From the NCBI GenBank assembly GCA_026414955.1, contig JAOAIA010000001.1, positions 1 to 44,257 of the forward strand: 44,257 bases of DNA, given 5' to 3'. This DNA is from Candidatus Bipolaricaulota bacterium. Lineage in GTDB: Bacteria > Bipolaricaulota > Bipolaricaulia > RBG-16-55-9 > DRXL01. The position numbers were made by a program, and so were the translations under genes. This document shows, in pieces, positions 26,572-35,095 of this stretch (the stretch's first letter is position 1; each line of letters starts with the position of its first letter). Under the pieces are notes generated by a model. The model was given only the letters and a program-made list of their open reading frames with translations, searched no databases and was not told the DNA's origin.

Positions 26572-27894
26572 ATGCACAGCATACGACTGCGAGGCCTGTA
26601 CGCCACAGCGTTAGCAGCCCTGCTGCGCGAACACCACTGGCGGATCGTGCAGCCTCATGAGGAGCTTCAGCCCTATACCGACCCAGAGGACTGCTTCGCC
26701 CCCTTTGACGCGGAAGTCAAGGATCGCGAGGATCGTCAGGGCGTCATTGTCGTTGGGGAGGCAGGTTCTGTCCATGCTTTCAAAGAGCTGCTCTTTGCCG
26801 AGCTGCCGGACGTCATCGGCGTGCTGGCGCCGACGGAGCTGGGAGCGATCTATCTGGGGGTTGTGCACAAGCAACGCGCGTGGGGCTACGAAATAGACCT
26901 GGGAGGTCTCACGGGCTTCCTCCCTCGGCCGGAGCTGGAGCGGCCCTTGAAGAAGGGTGAGGCCGTGCGTGTCCAAGTCAAAGAGATCGCGCTCTCCCAC
27001 CCCATCGTGACGACCCACCTCAGCCTTGCCGGGCAGCTCGCGGTGCTCTCGCAAGAGCAGGGTGTGGGTATTAGCAAAGAGATCACTGACCCTGATGAGC
27101 GCGAGCGGCTCTTGAGTCTGGGAAGAAGATGCTGCACCAACGGCTGGGGAGTGATCTGGCGCACCAGCGCCTATCGTCAAGACGAGCGCGCACTCCAGCA
27201 AGAGATCAAGCACTTGCAGCAGAAGCTCCCCGCCCTCGACAGCCATCCCGACGAGGGCATCCCCGGCAAGCTGCTCGCCGGTCAGCAAGCCCTCATCGTC
27301 GAATTCCCCGGCGGCAGCAAAGAGACGCTCGATCGCTGGCGCGCACGCTTGATCCCAACAGAACCGGGATATCATCGTCAGATGGTAGGGGCAGGTTCTG
27401 AACCTGCCCCTACCACGGGGAACGCAGGGGATCGCGTGCGCATCGAGCACGTCAAAGCGCAGAGCGATCTCAGTATCGTTATGACCGGTCGGGTTATCGC
27501 AGCGAGCCCGGAACAGATCACGGTGCGCCGCGAGATCAAGGGCTTAGGGGTCTACGACGGGCTGAATATCCCCAAAGAACCCGGCGACTATGCCGTGACG
27601 GTATTCTGTCACGGAGCCTGGCACTACGAGACGCGCTACTACGCCCGCGACGGGCAGCTCAAGGGCGTCTATATCAATATCAACACGCCGATAGAGATCT
27701 ATGCGGATCGCGTGCGCTATATTGATTTAGAGATTGACGTGGTGCAGCGCCCCGGTGAGCCGGCCCAGATCGTTGATGAGCACGATCTCCAGCGTATTGT
27801 GAGCTTTGTGAGTCCCCGACTCCTCGAGCAAGCACGCGCCGTCGCTGCTGAGTGCGCACAATCACTGAATGCGCGCACTCGTGGCAGACCGTGA
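26572..27894 (+). CDS. FAU-1-like protein: RNase E/G-related N-terminal region fused to a C-terminal DUF402 domain
   Basis: The sequence starts MHSIRLRGLYATALAALLREHHWRIVQP. It has an S1-like segment GAIYLGVVHKQRAWGYEIDLGGLTGFLP and an RNase E/G-like segment LAGQLAVLSQEQGVGISKEITDPDERERLLSLGRR...GVIWRTSA. The C-terminal YININTPIEIYADRVRYIDLEIDVV is the DUF402 signature. The track start at 26506 would overlap rtcA divergently. Confidence 0.65.
   Translation: MHSIRLRGLYATALAALLREHHWRIVQPHEELQPYTDPEDCFAPFDAEVKDREDRQGVIVVGEAGSVHAFKELLFAELPDVIGVLAPTELGAIYLGVVHKQRAWGYEIDLGGLTGFLPRPELERPLKKGEAVRVQVKEIALSHPIVTTHLSLAGQLAVLSQEQGVGISKEITDPDERERLLSLGRRCCTNGWGVIWRTSAYRQDERALQQEIKHLQQKLPALDSHPDEGIPGKLLAGQQALIVEFPGGSKETLDRWRARLIPTEPGYHRQMVGAGSEPAPTTGNAGDRVRIEHVKAQSDLSIVMTGRVIAASPEQITVRREIKGLGVYDGLNIPKEPGDYAVTVFCHGAWHYETRYYARDGQLKGVYININTPIEIYADRVRYIDLEIDVVQRPGEPAQIVDEHDLQRIVSFVSPRLLEQARAVAAECAQSLNARTRGRP
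27384..27414. repeat. perfect 15-bp-arm palindrome (GAGxxPAPT-type element), in-frame in the FAU-1-like gene
   Basis: GGTAGGGGCAGGTTC-t-GAACCTGCCCCTACC. It encodes VGAGSEPAPT between the RNase-like and DUF402 parts. Confidence 0.8.
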
Positions 27895-27953
27895 GCGCGC
27901 TCTTTATAATAATACTGATGCTGCGCTCAGCATGACAACAGGAGGAGAGAGTC

Positions 27954-28652
27954 GTGAGCACCAAGCGTTCTCAGAAGCCAACCAAGGCTGAGAAGAAGAC
28001 GTCATCGAAGTTGCCGTGGTATCGTCAGCCGATGCTCTTAGGCATTGCTGTTGGCGGAGTCGTCGTCGTGGGGTTGATAGTCCTGACGGTGTTGCTCTCG
28101 CGCCCTGGGGAGAGTTTTCAGGTGACGCGCCCGGTGGGGCAAGATTTTCTGCCGGAGATGGGCGACCCCAACGCGCCTGTGACAGTATATGAATATTCAG
28201 ACTATCAATGCCCGTTCTGCGCGCAGTTTGCCTTACGGGATAAGCCCAAGCTCGAAGAGATGCACATTAAGACGGGCAATGTGCGGTTTATCTACCGAAA
28301 CTTTATTGTGAAAGGGGAAAAGTCTGTCCTGGCTGCTGAAGCGGCATTTTGTGCTGCTGAACAGGGGGGATTTTGGGCCTACCATGATATGCTCTTTGCG
28401 AAACATGAGCGGGGCGTGGACTTCAATAAGTCCAATCTGATCGGATTTGCACGTGAGCTTGGCTTGGACGAAAAAGGGTTTACTGAGTGTCTGGACTCAA
28501 AGAGATATCGCAGTAAAGTTGAGGAGGAGCATCGCGAGGGAGAGCGATACGGGGTCACCGGGACTCCCTCCTTTGTGGTCAACGGCAGGCTCGTCAGAGG
28601 GGCTGATTATTTCAGCCTGTTAGAGACTATTAAGCAAGAATTAGGGCGGTAG
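27954..28652 (+). CDS. membrane-anchored DsbA-family thiol:disulfide oxidoreductase
   Basis: A TM anchor is followed by YSDYQCPFCAQF (the CPFC active site) and GVTGTPSFVVNG (the cis-Pro region). The GTG start is preceded by GGAGGAG. Confidence 0.85.
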   Translation: MSTKRSQKPTKAEKKTSSKLPWYRQPMLLGIAVGGVVVVGLIVLTVLLSRPGESFQVTRPVGQDFLPEMGDPNAPVTVYEYSDYQCPFCAQFALRDKPKLEEMHIKTGNVRFIYRNFIVKGEKSVLAAEAAFCAAEQGGFWAYHDMLFAKHERGVDFNKSNLIGFARELGLDEKGFTECLDSKRYRSKVEEEHREGERYGVTGTPSFVVNGRLVRGADYFSLLETIKQELGR

Positions 28653-28656
28653 CGCG

Positions 28657-29121
28657 ATGTGGCGCTTGTGGGGTATTCTGGTATTGGCGATGATCGGCCT
28701 CGGTGTAGCGGGGTATTTGACGTATGAGAAGTTCGCCGGAGGGGGACTGATCTGCTGGGGCAGCAGCCAAGAGTGCGAGATCGTGCAAAACAGCCCGTAT
28801 AGCCAGATCGGCCCCATCCCCGTTGCCGTGCTGGGCTTGCTCGGGTATCTGATCTTTCTCGTCATGACGGTCTTGCAGATACGCGCTCCGTCGCTGGAGA
28901 GGCGTCGGACGCTCGCGGGGCTGAACTTCGGCTTGGCGCTGGGAGCGTTTCTCTACTCAGGCTATCTCACATATCTTGAGTTGTTCGTGATCTATGCGAT
29001 CTGTACGTGGTGCGTCATCTCGGCGATCTTGGTGACGTTTATCTTGGTGTTGGCGACGTGGGAGCTGGTCGCGCTCACCAAAGAGCCCCAAGCAGTTGTC
29101 GAACCCGTGGCCGACGACTGA
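28657..29121 (+). CDS. vitamin K epoxide reductase (VKOR) family protein
   Basis: The product has 4 TM segments, loop cysteines ICWGSSQEC, and the active-site CTWC in the last TM. It sits immediately after the DsbA-like gene. Confidence 0.8.
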   Translation: MWRLWGILVLAMIGLGVAGYLTYEKFAGGGLICWGSSQECEIVQNSPYSQIGPIPVAVLGLLGYLIFLVMTVLQIRAPSLERRRTLAGLNFGLALGAFLYSGYLTYLELFVIYAICTWCVISAILVTFILVLATWELVALTKEPQAVVEPVADD

Positions 29122-29131
29122 GCGTGTCGGC

Positions 29132-29160
29132 TTGACAAATCCCTTCCCAGCCCGTACTCT
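29132..29160 (+). promoter_or_regulatory. candidate promoter of MoxR operon 2
   Basis: TTGACA (29132-37), a 17-nt spacer, then TACTCT (29155-60), 24 nt before ATG 29184, which has an SD GGAGAGGAAGG. Confidence 0.5.
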
Positions 29161-29183
29161 CTCTGCTGAGGAGAGGAAGGCGT

Positions 29184-30914
29184 ATGCGGCGCAGTGCTGT
29201 TGCCGGGCTTCTGACGGTGGCCCTGGCGACCGTTCCCGTGCTCGCCCAGCCCCAGATCGAGAGCGTCGAGCTGGGGTTCAATGGGCGTTTTCTCCCCGGC
29301 GCTCTGACGCCCCTGAGTGTCACGCTGCGCCACAGCGGGCCGGCTCAAAATTTCACCCTCGAAGTCTCCCAGGAAGTCCGCGACTTCACCGAGCGCAGCC
29401 TTCGTGAGCGTCTGCGGCTGCCAATCAGCCTGGGGTTGGGAGCGCGCAAGACGCTCTCGTTCGATTTTCCCATCAAAAGCGTGAGCACCCCGGTGCGCAT
29501 CGCGCTCCTGGCTGGAGAGCGAGAGATCGCGCTCACGGAGATAGACGTGCGCGAGCGTTGGAGCGAGAATGCGCTCGTAGTGGGGCTTGCTGTCCAGCCC
29601 ATGCCCGCGATAGAGCCGATAGAACCCGAAAGGCTTCCCCGGCGCTGGACAAGCTATGACGGCGTAGCACGGATTCTGTGGGGGCGGCTCGACCCCGCAC
29701 GCTTGACGGCAGAACAACGCACCGCGATGCTGGGCTGGCTGGTGCGCGGCGGCGAGCTTATTATCTTATCGGGGGAGAACTGGCACGAGCAGTTCAGTCC
29801 TGGGGAAGCGTCCCCGGAGACAGCCCAGGGCTGGTGGGCACATCTGCTGCCCATCACCAACGGGCGCATCGTGCGCCGTGCACTCAATGGCCAAGAGGTC
29901 TCCTGGGTGGAGGGCGCCCTTCGCGCGGGAGCGCGCGTCGTCACCAGCGATGCGGGACGCCCCTTGATCTGGGAGCGCCCTCTAGGACATGGGAGAGTTC
30001 TACTGGTGGCCCTCGCCACGCTCCCCGAAACTATACGTCTCCCAGAACGGAACAGCGATAAAGTTTTCGAGCAAGATCAGCTCATTGTGAAAGCCCTCGG
30101 TGCGCTTGTTGTCCCGTTTCCGTCGCGGGAGGTCATCGGCGGGCTGCTTCTAGCTTTTATTGTTGGCGTTGGGCTTGGCGGGATACTCGCTAGCAGGCGC
30201 ACCGTGTCCCTATGGATCGCCCTCGCATCCGGGGTGCTCTCGCTGGCTATCTTTCAGTATCAACACAGCGCGGAATTCTCTCACGAAAAGTATTCTGTGC
30301 ATCTTGGGGTCGTGCGGATCTGGGCGGGGGAACCGATAGCGTGGGAACAAGATTGGTACGGGGTTTTTTCTCGCCGGTCAGGTGAGGGGATTCTCCCCAT
30401 CTCTGCCGACTGCGTGAGATCGGTCGCGTGGCGGGCGGCCATGCGCCCCACGGGCACTGTCACTGTTGAGGTGGCCTCCCCACGGATGCGCGTGCTGCGC
30501 TTTCACAGCGAGCGCGACTCTGTGCGCTTCTTCGCTGCTGAACGCATGACGGACCCTCCCGTGCAGTTCACGGTGAACCGAGCCGTCAGTCCCCCGCAGA
30601 TACACGTGTATAATCGGTCATCGCTGAGCTTGCAGGACGCGGTCGTGCGCATCGGCAACGATTTTTACAAGGTGGGTCCTATCGCCCCCCAGACGGAGCT
30701 GATCCGTCCCCTGAGCGAGATGGGTCGGATCAGCAAGACCGAATGGCTCACTAGTTTACCCGAAGGGCGTCGGCTGCTCTGGCACCAGTGGGGTGCAGAG
30801 AGCGTCGGCCCTACGCTCATTGGATGGTTTGAGGCTGGCTCCGTATGGGCCAAGATGGAGCGAGAAGCCCGAACGGTCGTGCGCTTGGTCACTGTTGACG
30901 GGGGAGCCTTATGA
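29184..30914 (+). CDS. exported/membrane protein of unknown function (signal peptide, two central TM segments)
   Basis: The signal peptide is MRRSAVAGLLTVALATVPVLAQP. The TM segments are GGLLLAFIVGVGLGGILA and LWIALASGVLSLAIFQY. I recognise no family. Confidence 0.6.
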   Translation: MRRSAVAGLLTVALATVPVLAQPQIESVELGFNGRFLPGALTPLSVTLRHSGPAQNFTLEVSQEVRDFTERSLRERLRLPISLGLGARKTLSFDFPIKSVSTPVRIALLAGEREIALTEIDVRERWSENALVVGLAVQPMPAIEPIEPERLPRRWTSYDGVARILWGRLDPARLTAEQRTAMLGWLVRGGELIILSGENWHEQFSPGEASPETAQGWWAHLLPITNGRIVRRALNGQEVSWVEGALRAGARVVTSDAGRPLIWERPLGHGRVLLVALATLPETIRLPERNSDKVFEQDQLIVKALGALVVPFPSREVIGGLLLAFIVGVGLGGILASRRTVSLWIALASGVLSLAIFQYQHSAEFSHEKYSVHLGVVRIWAGEPIAWEQDWYGVFSRRSGEGILPISADCVRSVAWRAAMRPTGTVTVEVASPRMRVLRFHSERDSVRFFAAERMTDPPVQFTVNRAVSPPQIHVYNRSSLSLQDAVVRIGNDFYKVGPIAPQTELIRPLSEMGRISKTEWLTSLPEGRRLLWHQWGAESVGPTLIGWFEAGSVWAKMEREARTVVRLVTVDGGAL

Positions 30915-31588
30915 GATACCTTCGTGAAGCCCTGCCGCGCGTCGAGCTGATCACCCCGACGACATGGTCGGTCTACGTGAGCTATTTGGTTCTCAGTGGG
31001 ATTCCTTTGCTCATGGCCTTGCCGTCGTCGGCGCGCATTGACGTGCTCGTTGAACCACGCCTCAGTATGCTGCCCATCTTCGTCACGGTGATCACCCTCT
31101 TGTTCACGATCTACTCGCTCAACTTCGGGCCGGCCCACGCGAAGCTGAGGCTCTCTCCCCGCGAGACTCAGGTGAGTCTGCTGGCGCACGTCGGCTTCTT
31201 GATGGTGCTCAGTCTCCCGTACTGGACGGTCTTTGAGGGCATGACAGGCTACGCGCTGGGGCGCATGGCGGGAGCCTTGGCGTATCTGACGCTCTACGGC
31301 TCGTGCTGGGCGTTGATCGGCTTGGCCATCGGACTGCGCTGGCCCTCGGAGATCACCCAGTTTAACGTCAAGTATGCTCTGCTCGCCGTCACCATGATCG
31401 GGACGTTCTTCGTGGTGAAGCCGCTCAATCCGTTCTTGGCGCTGTCGCTGTGGTTTGGGGAGGGTCCACTCAAAGAGCAATGGTCGTTTTTGCTCGTATC
31501 GTATGGGGGTTTGGTGCTCGGAGTTTGCTTGTTACTCATGTGGACGTCGGCGCTCCTGAACACGCGCGGAAGAAGAGATATAATGTGA
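30911..31588 (+). CDS. 6-TM integral membrane protein of unknown function
   Basis: The start forms an ATGA overlap with the upstream stop. The sequence is hydrophobic throughout. Confidence 0.6.
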   Translation: MRYLREALPRVELITPTTWSVYVSYLVLSGIPLLMALPSSARIDVLVEPRLSMLPIFVTVITLLFTIYSLNFGPAHAKLRLSPRETQVSLLAHVGFLMVLSLPYWTVFEGMTGYALGRMAGALAYLTLYGSCWALIGLAIGLRWPSEITQFNVKYALLAVTMIGTFFVVKPLNPFLALSLWFGEGPLKEQWSFLLVSYGGLVLGVCLLLMWTSALLNTRGRRDIM

Positions 31589-31607
31589 CAGAAGAAGGAG
31601 GAGCTTT

Positions 31608-33197
31608 ATGGATTCGTTCAAGACAGTGTGCGCGCGGCTGGTGCGGCGCCAACGGTTCCTACACGGTTTGAGCGCCGCTCGGTGGACTCTGATGGCAACG
31701 CTCGCGCTGACAGCGATCACGCTGATACTCCAAGCGTTGAAGATCGTGCCCACTCTCTCCCCTCTGTGGCTGCTGGGCGGGAATCTCGCTCTCGCGAGCG
31801 TGGCGTTCGCATGGGGCTGGCTCAGGCCCGTCAATCTGACGGAGATGCTCTTTCGCGCCGACCGCAACGCCCACACTGAAGAGAAGCTCGTCACACTCTA
31901 TGAGCTTTCCCTGGGGCAGGCTCCCAGAGAGTTCCTCCCGTTGCTCATCTCTCGGCTTGGATCGCTGACGCTCGATCTCTCTACCGCCCTGCCCATCGGA
32001 CGGAGAGAGCGCAAGTTATGGCTCGGGGTGCTCGCCTTGGGCTTCGTATGCGTGGGGATGATCGGCGTCGTCCACGCTGGGGTTTTTGTGTGGGCACCGT
32101 GGGGCACTTCAGAGCAAGCGGTGTCTTCTCAATCGTCCGAGTCGGCCCAGGCGCCGCCACGCGAGATGCGCCTGGCTGACTTGGTGCAGCCCCCACCGCC
32201 GGAACTGGCGCAGAAGCTCGCAGCTCTGAGAGAGCGTTTCGAGCAAGCCCGTGCGGCGTTAGCGCAAAACCCCAACGATCCCCGCGCACGCGCCATCTTG
32301 CAACAACTTCAGGAAGAGATCCGCCAAGAGCAGGATCGTCTGGTGAGTCCGCCCCCGCTTGGCGAAGATCACGCTGCTCCTTCGGGGAAGCCCCGTGATG
32401 ACGCTTCTCTTGTAGAAAACCCCGCAGCCGATGTGCGGTCTCCTGAGAACACTGACTCTGCCTCAAGACAGACCGAGCTTGACAGATTGATGCGGATGTT
32501 GCGCGACATCCAGGGACAAGCGCAAGAGCTTTCACCCGAAGAGCTGCAGAAGCTCTTGGAGCAGCTCCAGCAAGAGAATCCCGATGCGGCATCTATTGCT
32601 CAGCAGGCCTTACAGATGGGCCCGAGCACCCAAGAGTTCAGCGAGAGGCTCGAAGAAGCTCTGAGAAATCTAGGAGCGCGTCGCGATCTCCATCAAGAGC
32701 TGGAGCAATTGCAGCGCGATGTGCAATCGGCACTCTCTCAATCCGAGCAGGCTGAAACAGCTCGCGGCGATGCACCGCCGTCGGGGGACGCGCAGCCGTC
32801 TTCAGAGGGTCCGCCAGACCCTCAGAACGCGAGCACAGAATCGGACTCTGACTCTGCAGAGGGGCCTCGACAAGAGAACGCGCTCTCGCAGCCGTCGGGC
32901 GGGCGCGGCAAGGCCCCCCTCGACCCAGAGGCTGTGAAAGACTTACCCGATCTGTCGCAGTTACGTGAGCACACACGCTCGTTCTCCGTCCCCGGCACAG
33001 ACGAAGAGAACCTCGAGATTCTCTTCGAGATCATCAGCACAGGGTTGCCGCAAAACCCCAATACGCCAGGGCAGCCCACGCCGGTCGAGATTGATTATCG
33101 TAAAGTCGAAGCGTTGATAGACGCGCTGGAGATCCCTAATGAGCTGCGCGACGCTGTGCGCCAGTATTTTCTGAGCTTGGCTAGACCTCTCCCCTAA
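31608..33197 (+). CDS. membrane-anchored acidic coiled-coil/low-complexity protein (possibly DUF4175-like)
   Basis: AAGGAGGAG precedes the ATG. Three N-terminal TM segments are followed by a long E/Q/P/A/D-rich region (LQQLQEEIRQEQDRL, LQKLLEQLQQENPDA). The stop codon lies inside the repeat at 33184. Confidence 0.6.
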   Translation: MDSFKTVCARLVRRQRFLHGLSAARWTLMATLALTAITLILQALKIVPTLSPLWLLGGNLALASVAFAWGWLRPVNLTEMLFRADRNAHTEEKLVTLYELSLGQAPREFLPLLISRLGSLTLDLSTALPIGRRERKLWLGVLALGFVCVGMIGVVHAGVFVWAPWGTSEQAVSSQSSESAQAPPREMRLADLVQPPPPELAQKLAALRERFEQARAALAQNPNDPRARAILQQLQEEIRQEQDRLVSPPPLGEDHAAPSGKPRDDASLVENPAADVRSPENTDSASRQTELDRLMRMLRDIQGQAQELSPEELQKLLEQLQQENPDAASIAQQALQMGPSTQEFSERLEEALRNLGARRDLHQELEQLQRDVQSALSQSEQAETARGDAPPSGDAQPSSEGPPDPQNASTESDSDSAEGPRQENALSQPSGGRGKAPLDPEAVKDLPDLSQLREHTRSFSVPGTDEENLEILFEIISTGLPQNPNTPGQPTPVEIDYRKVEALIDALEIPNELRDAVRQYFLSLARPLP

Positions 33198-33236
33198 CCC
33201 CTCCCCGACGCGGGGAAGGGAGCGAGGGGGGTAGGT
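33184..33236. repeat. family A palindromic element copy (supplies the last codons and TAA of the upstream gene)
   Basis: GACCTCTCCCCTAACCCCTCCCCGACGCGGGGAAGGGAGCGAGGGGGGTAGGTA. Its reverse complement shares 12/12 bases at each terminus (ACCTACCCCCCT, AGGGGAGAGGTC) with the 3430 copy and has the same 53-nt length. Confidence 0.75.
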
Positions 33237-33249
33237 AGAAAGGAGCCAG

Positions 33250-34254
33250 ATGATCACGGAGAAGCAGATCCGCGATCTGCAAGCGAAGTTTCATGCGCTC
33301 ATCGAAGAGATTCGCTCGGTCATCATCGGGCACGACGCAGTCATCCAACAGACGCTGATCGGGCTTTTGTGCGGCGAGCATCTTCTGTTAGAGGGCGTAC
33401 CGGGGCTGGGCAAGACGCTCCTGGTGCGCACGCTGGGGAAGGCGCTCGGCTTAAAATTCTCGCGCATTCAGTTTACCCCGGACTTGATGCCCGCGGACAT
33501 CATCGGGACTCGGATCTTACTTGAAGACGAGACCGGGCGACGCTATTTTGAATTCTCTCGCGGCCCGATCTTCGCGCACTTAGTGCTGGCCGACGAGATC
33601 AACCGTGCTACGCCCAAGACCCAGTCAGCTCTCCTAGAAGCGATGCAGGAGCGCAGCATCACCGTGAGCGGCGAGACATACAAACTCGAAGAGCCGTTCA
33701 TGGTCCTCGCGACCCAAAACCCCATCGAGATGGAGGGGACGTACCCCCTGCCAGAAGCCCAGATTGATAGATTCTTCTTCAAGATTTTGCTCCGCTCCCC
33801 GTCATTAGAACAGCTGGAGCAGATCATTGACCGGCACGGGGCAGGACGGGATGCTGTGGCGATAGAGCAAGTCTTGAGCCGTGAAGAGATTCTCGAAGCA
33901 CAAAAGCTCGTGGCGCGTTGGCCCATCGCCTCGCCGCTGCGACGGTACGCCGCGCGCCTCGTAGACGCCACGCAGCCCGCTTCGCAGAACGCCCCCGAGA
34001 TTGTCAAGCACTACGTCGAGTACGGGGCCAGCCCGCGCGCGGCGCTCGCGCTCGTGCGCGGGGCCAAAGCCCATGCGTTTCTCTCCGGCGAGGTCCACAC
34101 CCGCATCGCGGACATCCAAGCTGTTTTTTACCCCAGCTTGATTCACAGAATTATTCGCAACTTTCGCGGTGAAGCCGAGGGCGTCCCTGTAGAAAAGATC
34201 CTTCAAGAGGTCTTCGATCATGTTCGCCCGGAGTCCGTCATTGAGGCTCGATGA
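33250..34254 (+). CDS. MoxR-family AAA+ ATPase (second paralog)
   Basis: GVPGLGKT, LVLADEINRATPKTQSALLEAMQE and QNPIEMEGTYPLPEAQIDRF are all present. Confidence 0.9.
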   Translation: MITEKQIRDLQAKFHALIEEIRSVIIGHDAVIQQTLIGLLCGEHLLLEGVPGLGKTLLVRTLGKALGLKFSRIQFTPDLMPADIIGTRILLEDETGRRYFEFSRGPIFAHLVLADEINRATPKTQSALLEAMQERSITVSGETYKLEEPFMVLATQNPIEMEGTYPLPEAQIDRFFFKILLRSPSLEQLEQIIDRHGAGRDAVAIEQVLSREEILEAQKLVARWPIASPLRRYAARLVDATQPASQNAPEIVKHYVEYGASPRAALALVRGAKAHAFLSGEVHTRIADIQAVFYPSLIHRIIRNFRGEAEGVPVEKILQEVFDHVRPESVIEAR

Positions 34255-35095
34255 GGCGCTCTTCAAGAAGCTGTCGGCCCTGCAATTGTTAGTGCGCAGG
34301 CGCTTCCAGGGCCAGACCGGCCTGTGGACGACAGCGCGTGCCGGCATGAGCCTCGAATTTGCAGAATATCGCGAATACCACCCGGGGGATGACTTTCGCT
34401 ACGTAGACTGGAACCTCTACGGACGATTGGATCGGCTCTTCGTCAAGGTCTTTCAGCGCGAAGAAGACGTGCCGATCTATCTGCTCATAGACACGAGCCG
34501 CTCGATGGCCGTGGGCGAGAAGCTGACGTATGCAGTGCAGCTTGCTGGAGCTATCGCCTATGTCGGGCTGAAAGAGATGAACCGTGTGGGGGTCTTTCCG
34601 TTCGCGCGCGATGTAGCACAGGGCGTGCCGCCTAAACCTGGCATGGCGCACCTGCACCATATCTTCGATCTCTTGGGAAGATTGGAGCCTTCGGGACAGA
34701 CGGCGCTCACGGAGAGTTTGGAGCGGTTCAGCAAGCGTCCGCTGCGTCAGGGCTTGGCAGTCTTGCTCAGCGATATGCTCGATCCCCAGGGATACGAGCA
34801 CGGTCTCTTCAGCTTGCTCTGGAAGGGATTGGAAATCGTGCTCATTCACATACTCGCCCGTGAAGATATTCACCCACCGGTGCAACGCGCAACACGGCTC
34901 TGCGATAGCGAGGTGGCGCGCGAGTTTTCTGTCGGCGCAGGGGCAGTCGCCCGCTATCGTGAGAATCTTCAGAGATATGGGCGCGCTCTCGAAGCGTTTT
35001 GTCGTGAGCACCAGATCAGATATGCGCAACTCTCGACCGCCCGCTCGCTGGAGCGCGCGCTCCTGGAAGACCTGCGCGGGGTGATCTTTCAGTGA
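34220..35095 (+). CDS. DUF58-family protein (second paralog, no N-terminal TM)
   Basis: GMSLEFAEYREYHPGDDFRYVDWNLYGRLDRLFVKVFQREED...LLIDTSRSM. ATG 34220 overlaps the moxR end by 35 nt. Confidence 0.8.
   Translation: MFARSPSLRLDEALFKKLSALQLLVRRRFQGQTGLWTTARAGMSLEFAEYREYHPGDDFRYVDWNLYGRLDRLFVKVFQREEDVPIYLLIDTSRSMAVGEKLTYAVQLAGAIAYVGLKEMNRVGVFPFARDVAQGVPPKPGMAHLHHIFDLLGRLEPSGQTALTESLERFSKRPLRQGLAVLLSDMLDPQGYEHGLFSLLWKGLEIVLIHILAREDIHPPVQRATRLCDSEVAREFSVGAGAVARYRENLQRYGRALEAFCREHQIRYAQLSTARSLERALLEDLRGVIFQ

Noticed and set aside
26611-27450. A 279-aa minus-strand ORF.
   Set aside because: It is entirely antisense to the FAU-1-like gene, which has recognisable domain motifs. I treat it as a GC-rich antisense artefact.
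27954-29121. The DsbA-VKOR pair as a novelty.
   Set aside because: It is a well-known substitute for DsbB in many terrabacterial and cyanobacterial lineages, so this is an ordinary annotation.
30665-31480. A 271-aa minus-strand ORF; the same applies to 28992..29717, 34289..35029, 41842..42486 and 43648..44175.
   Set aside because: All of these lie antisense to genes with clear family signatures or translational coupling. They are low-complexity and Arg/His/Gln-rich, with no start context.
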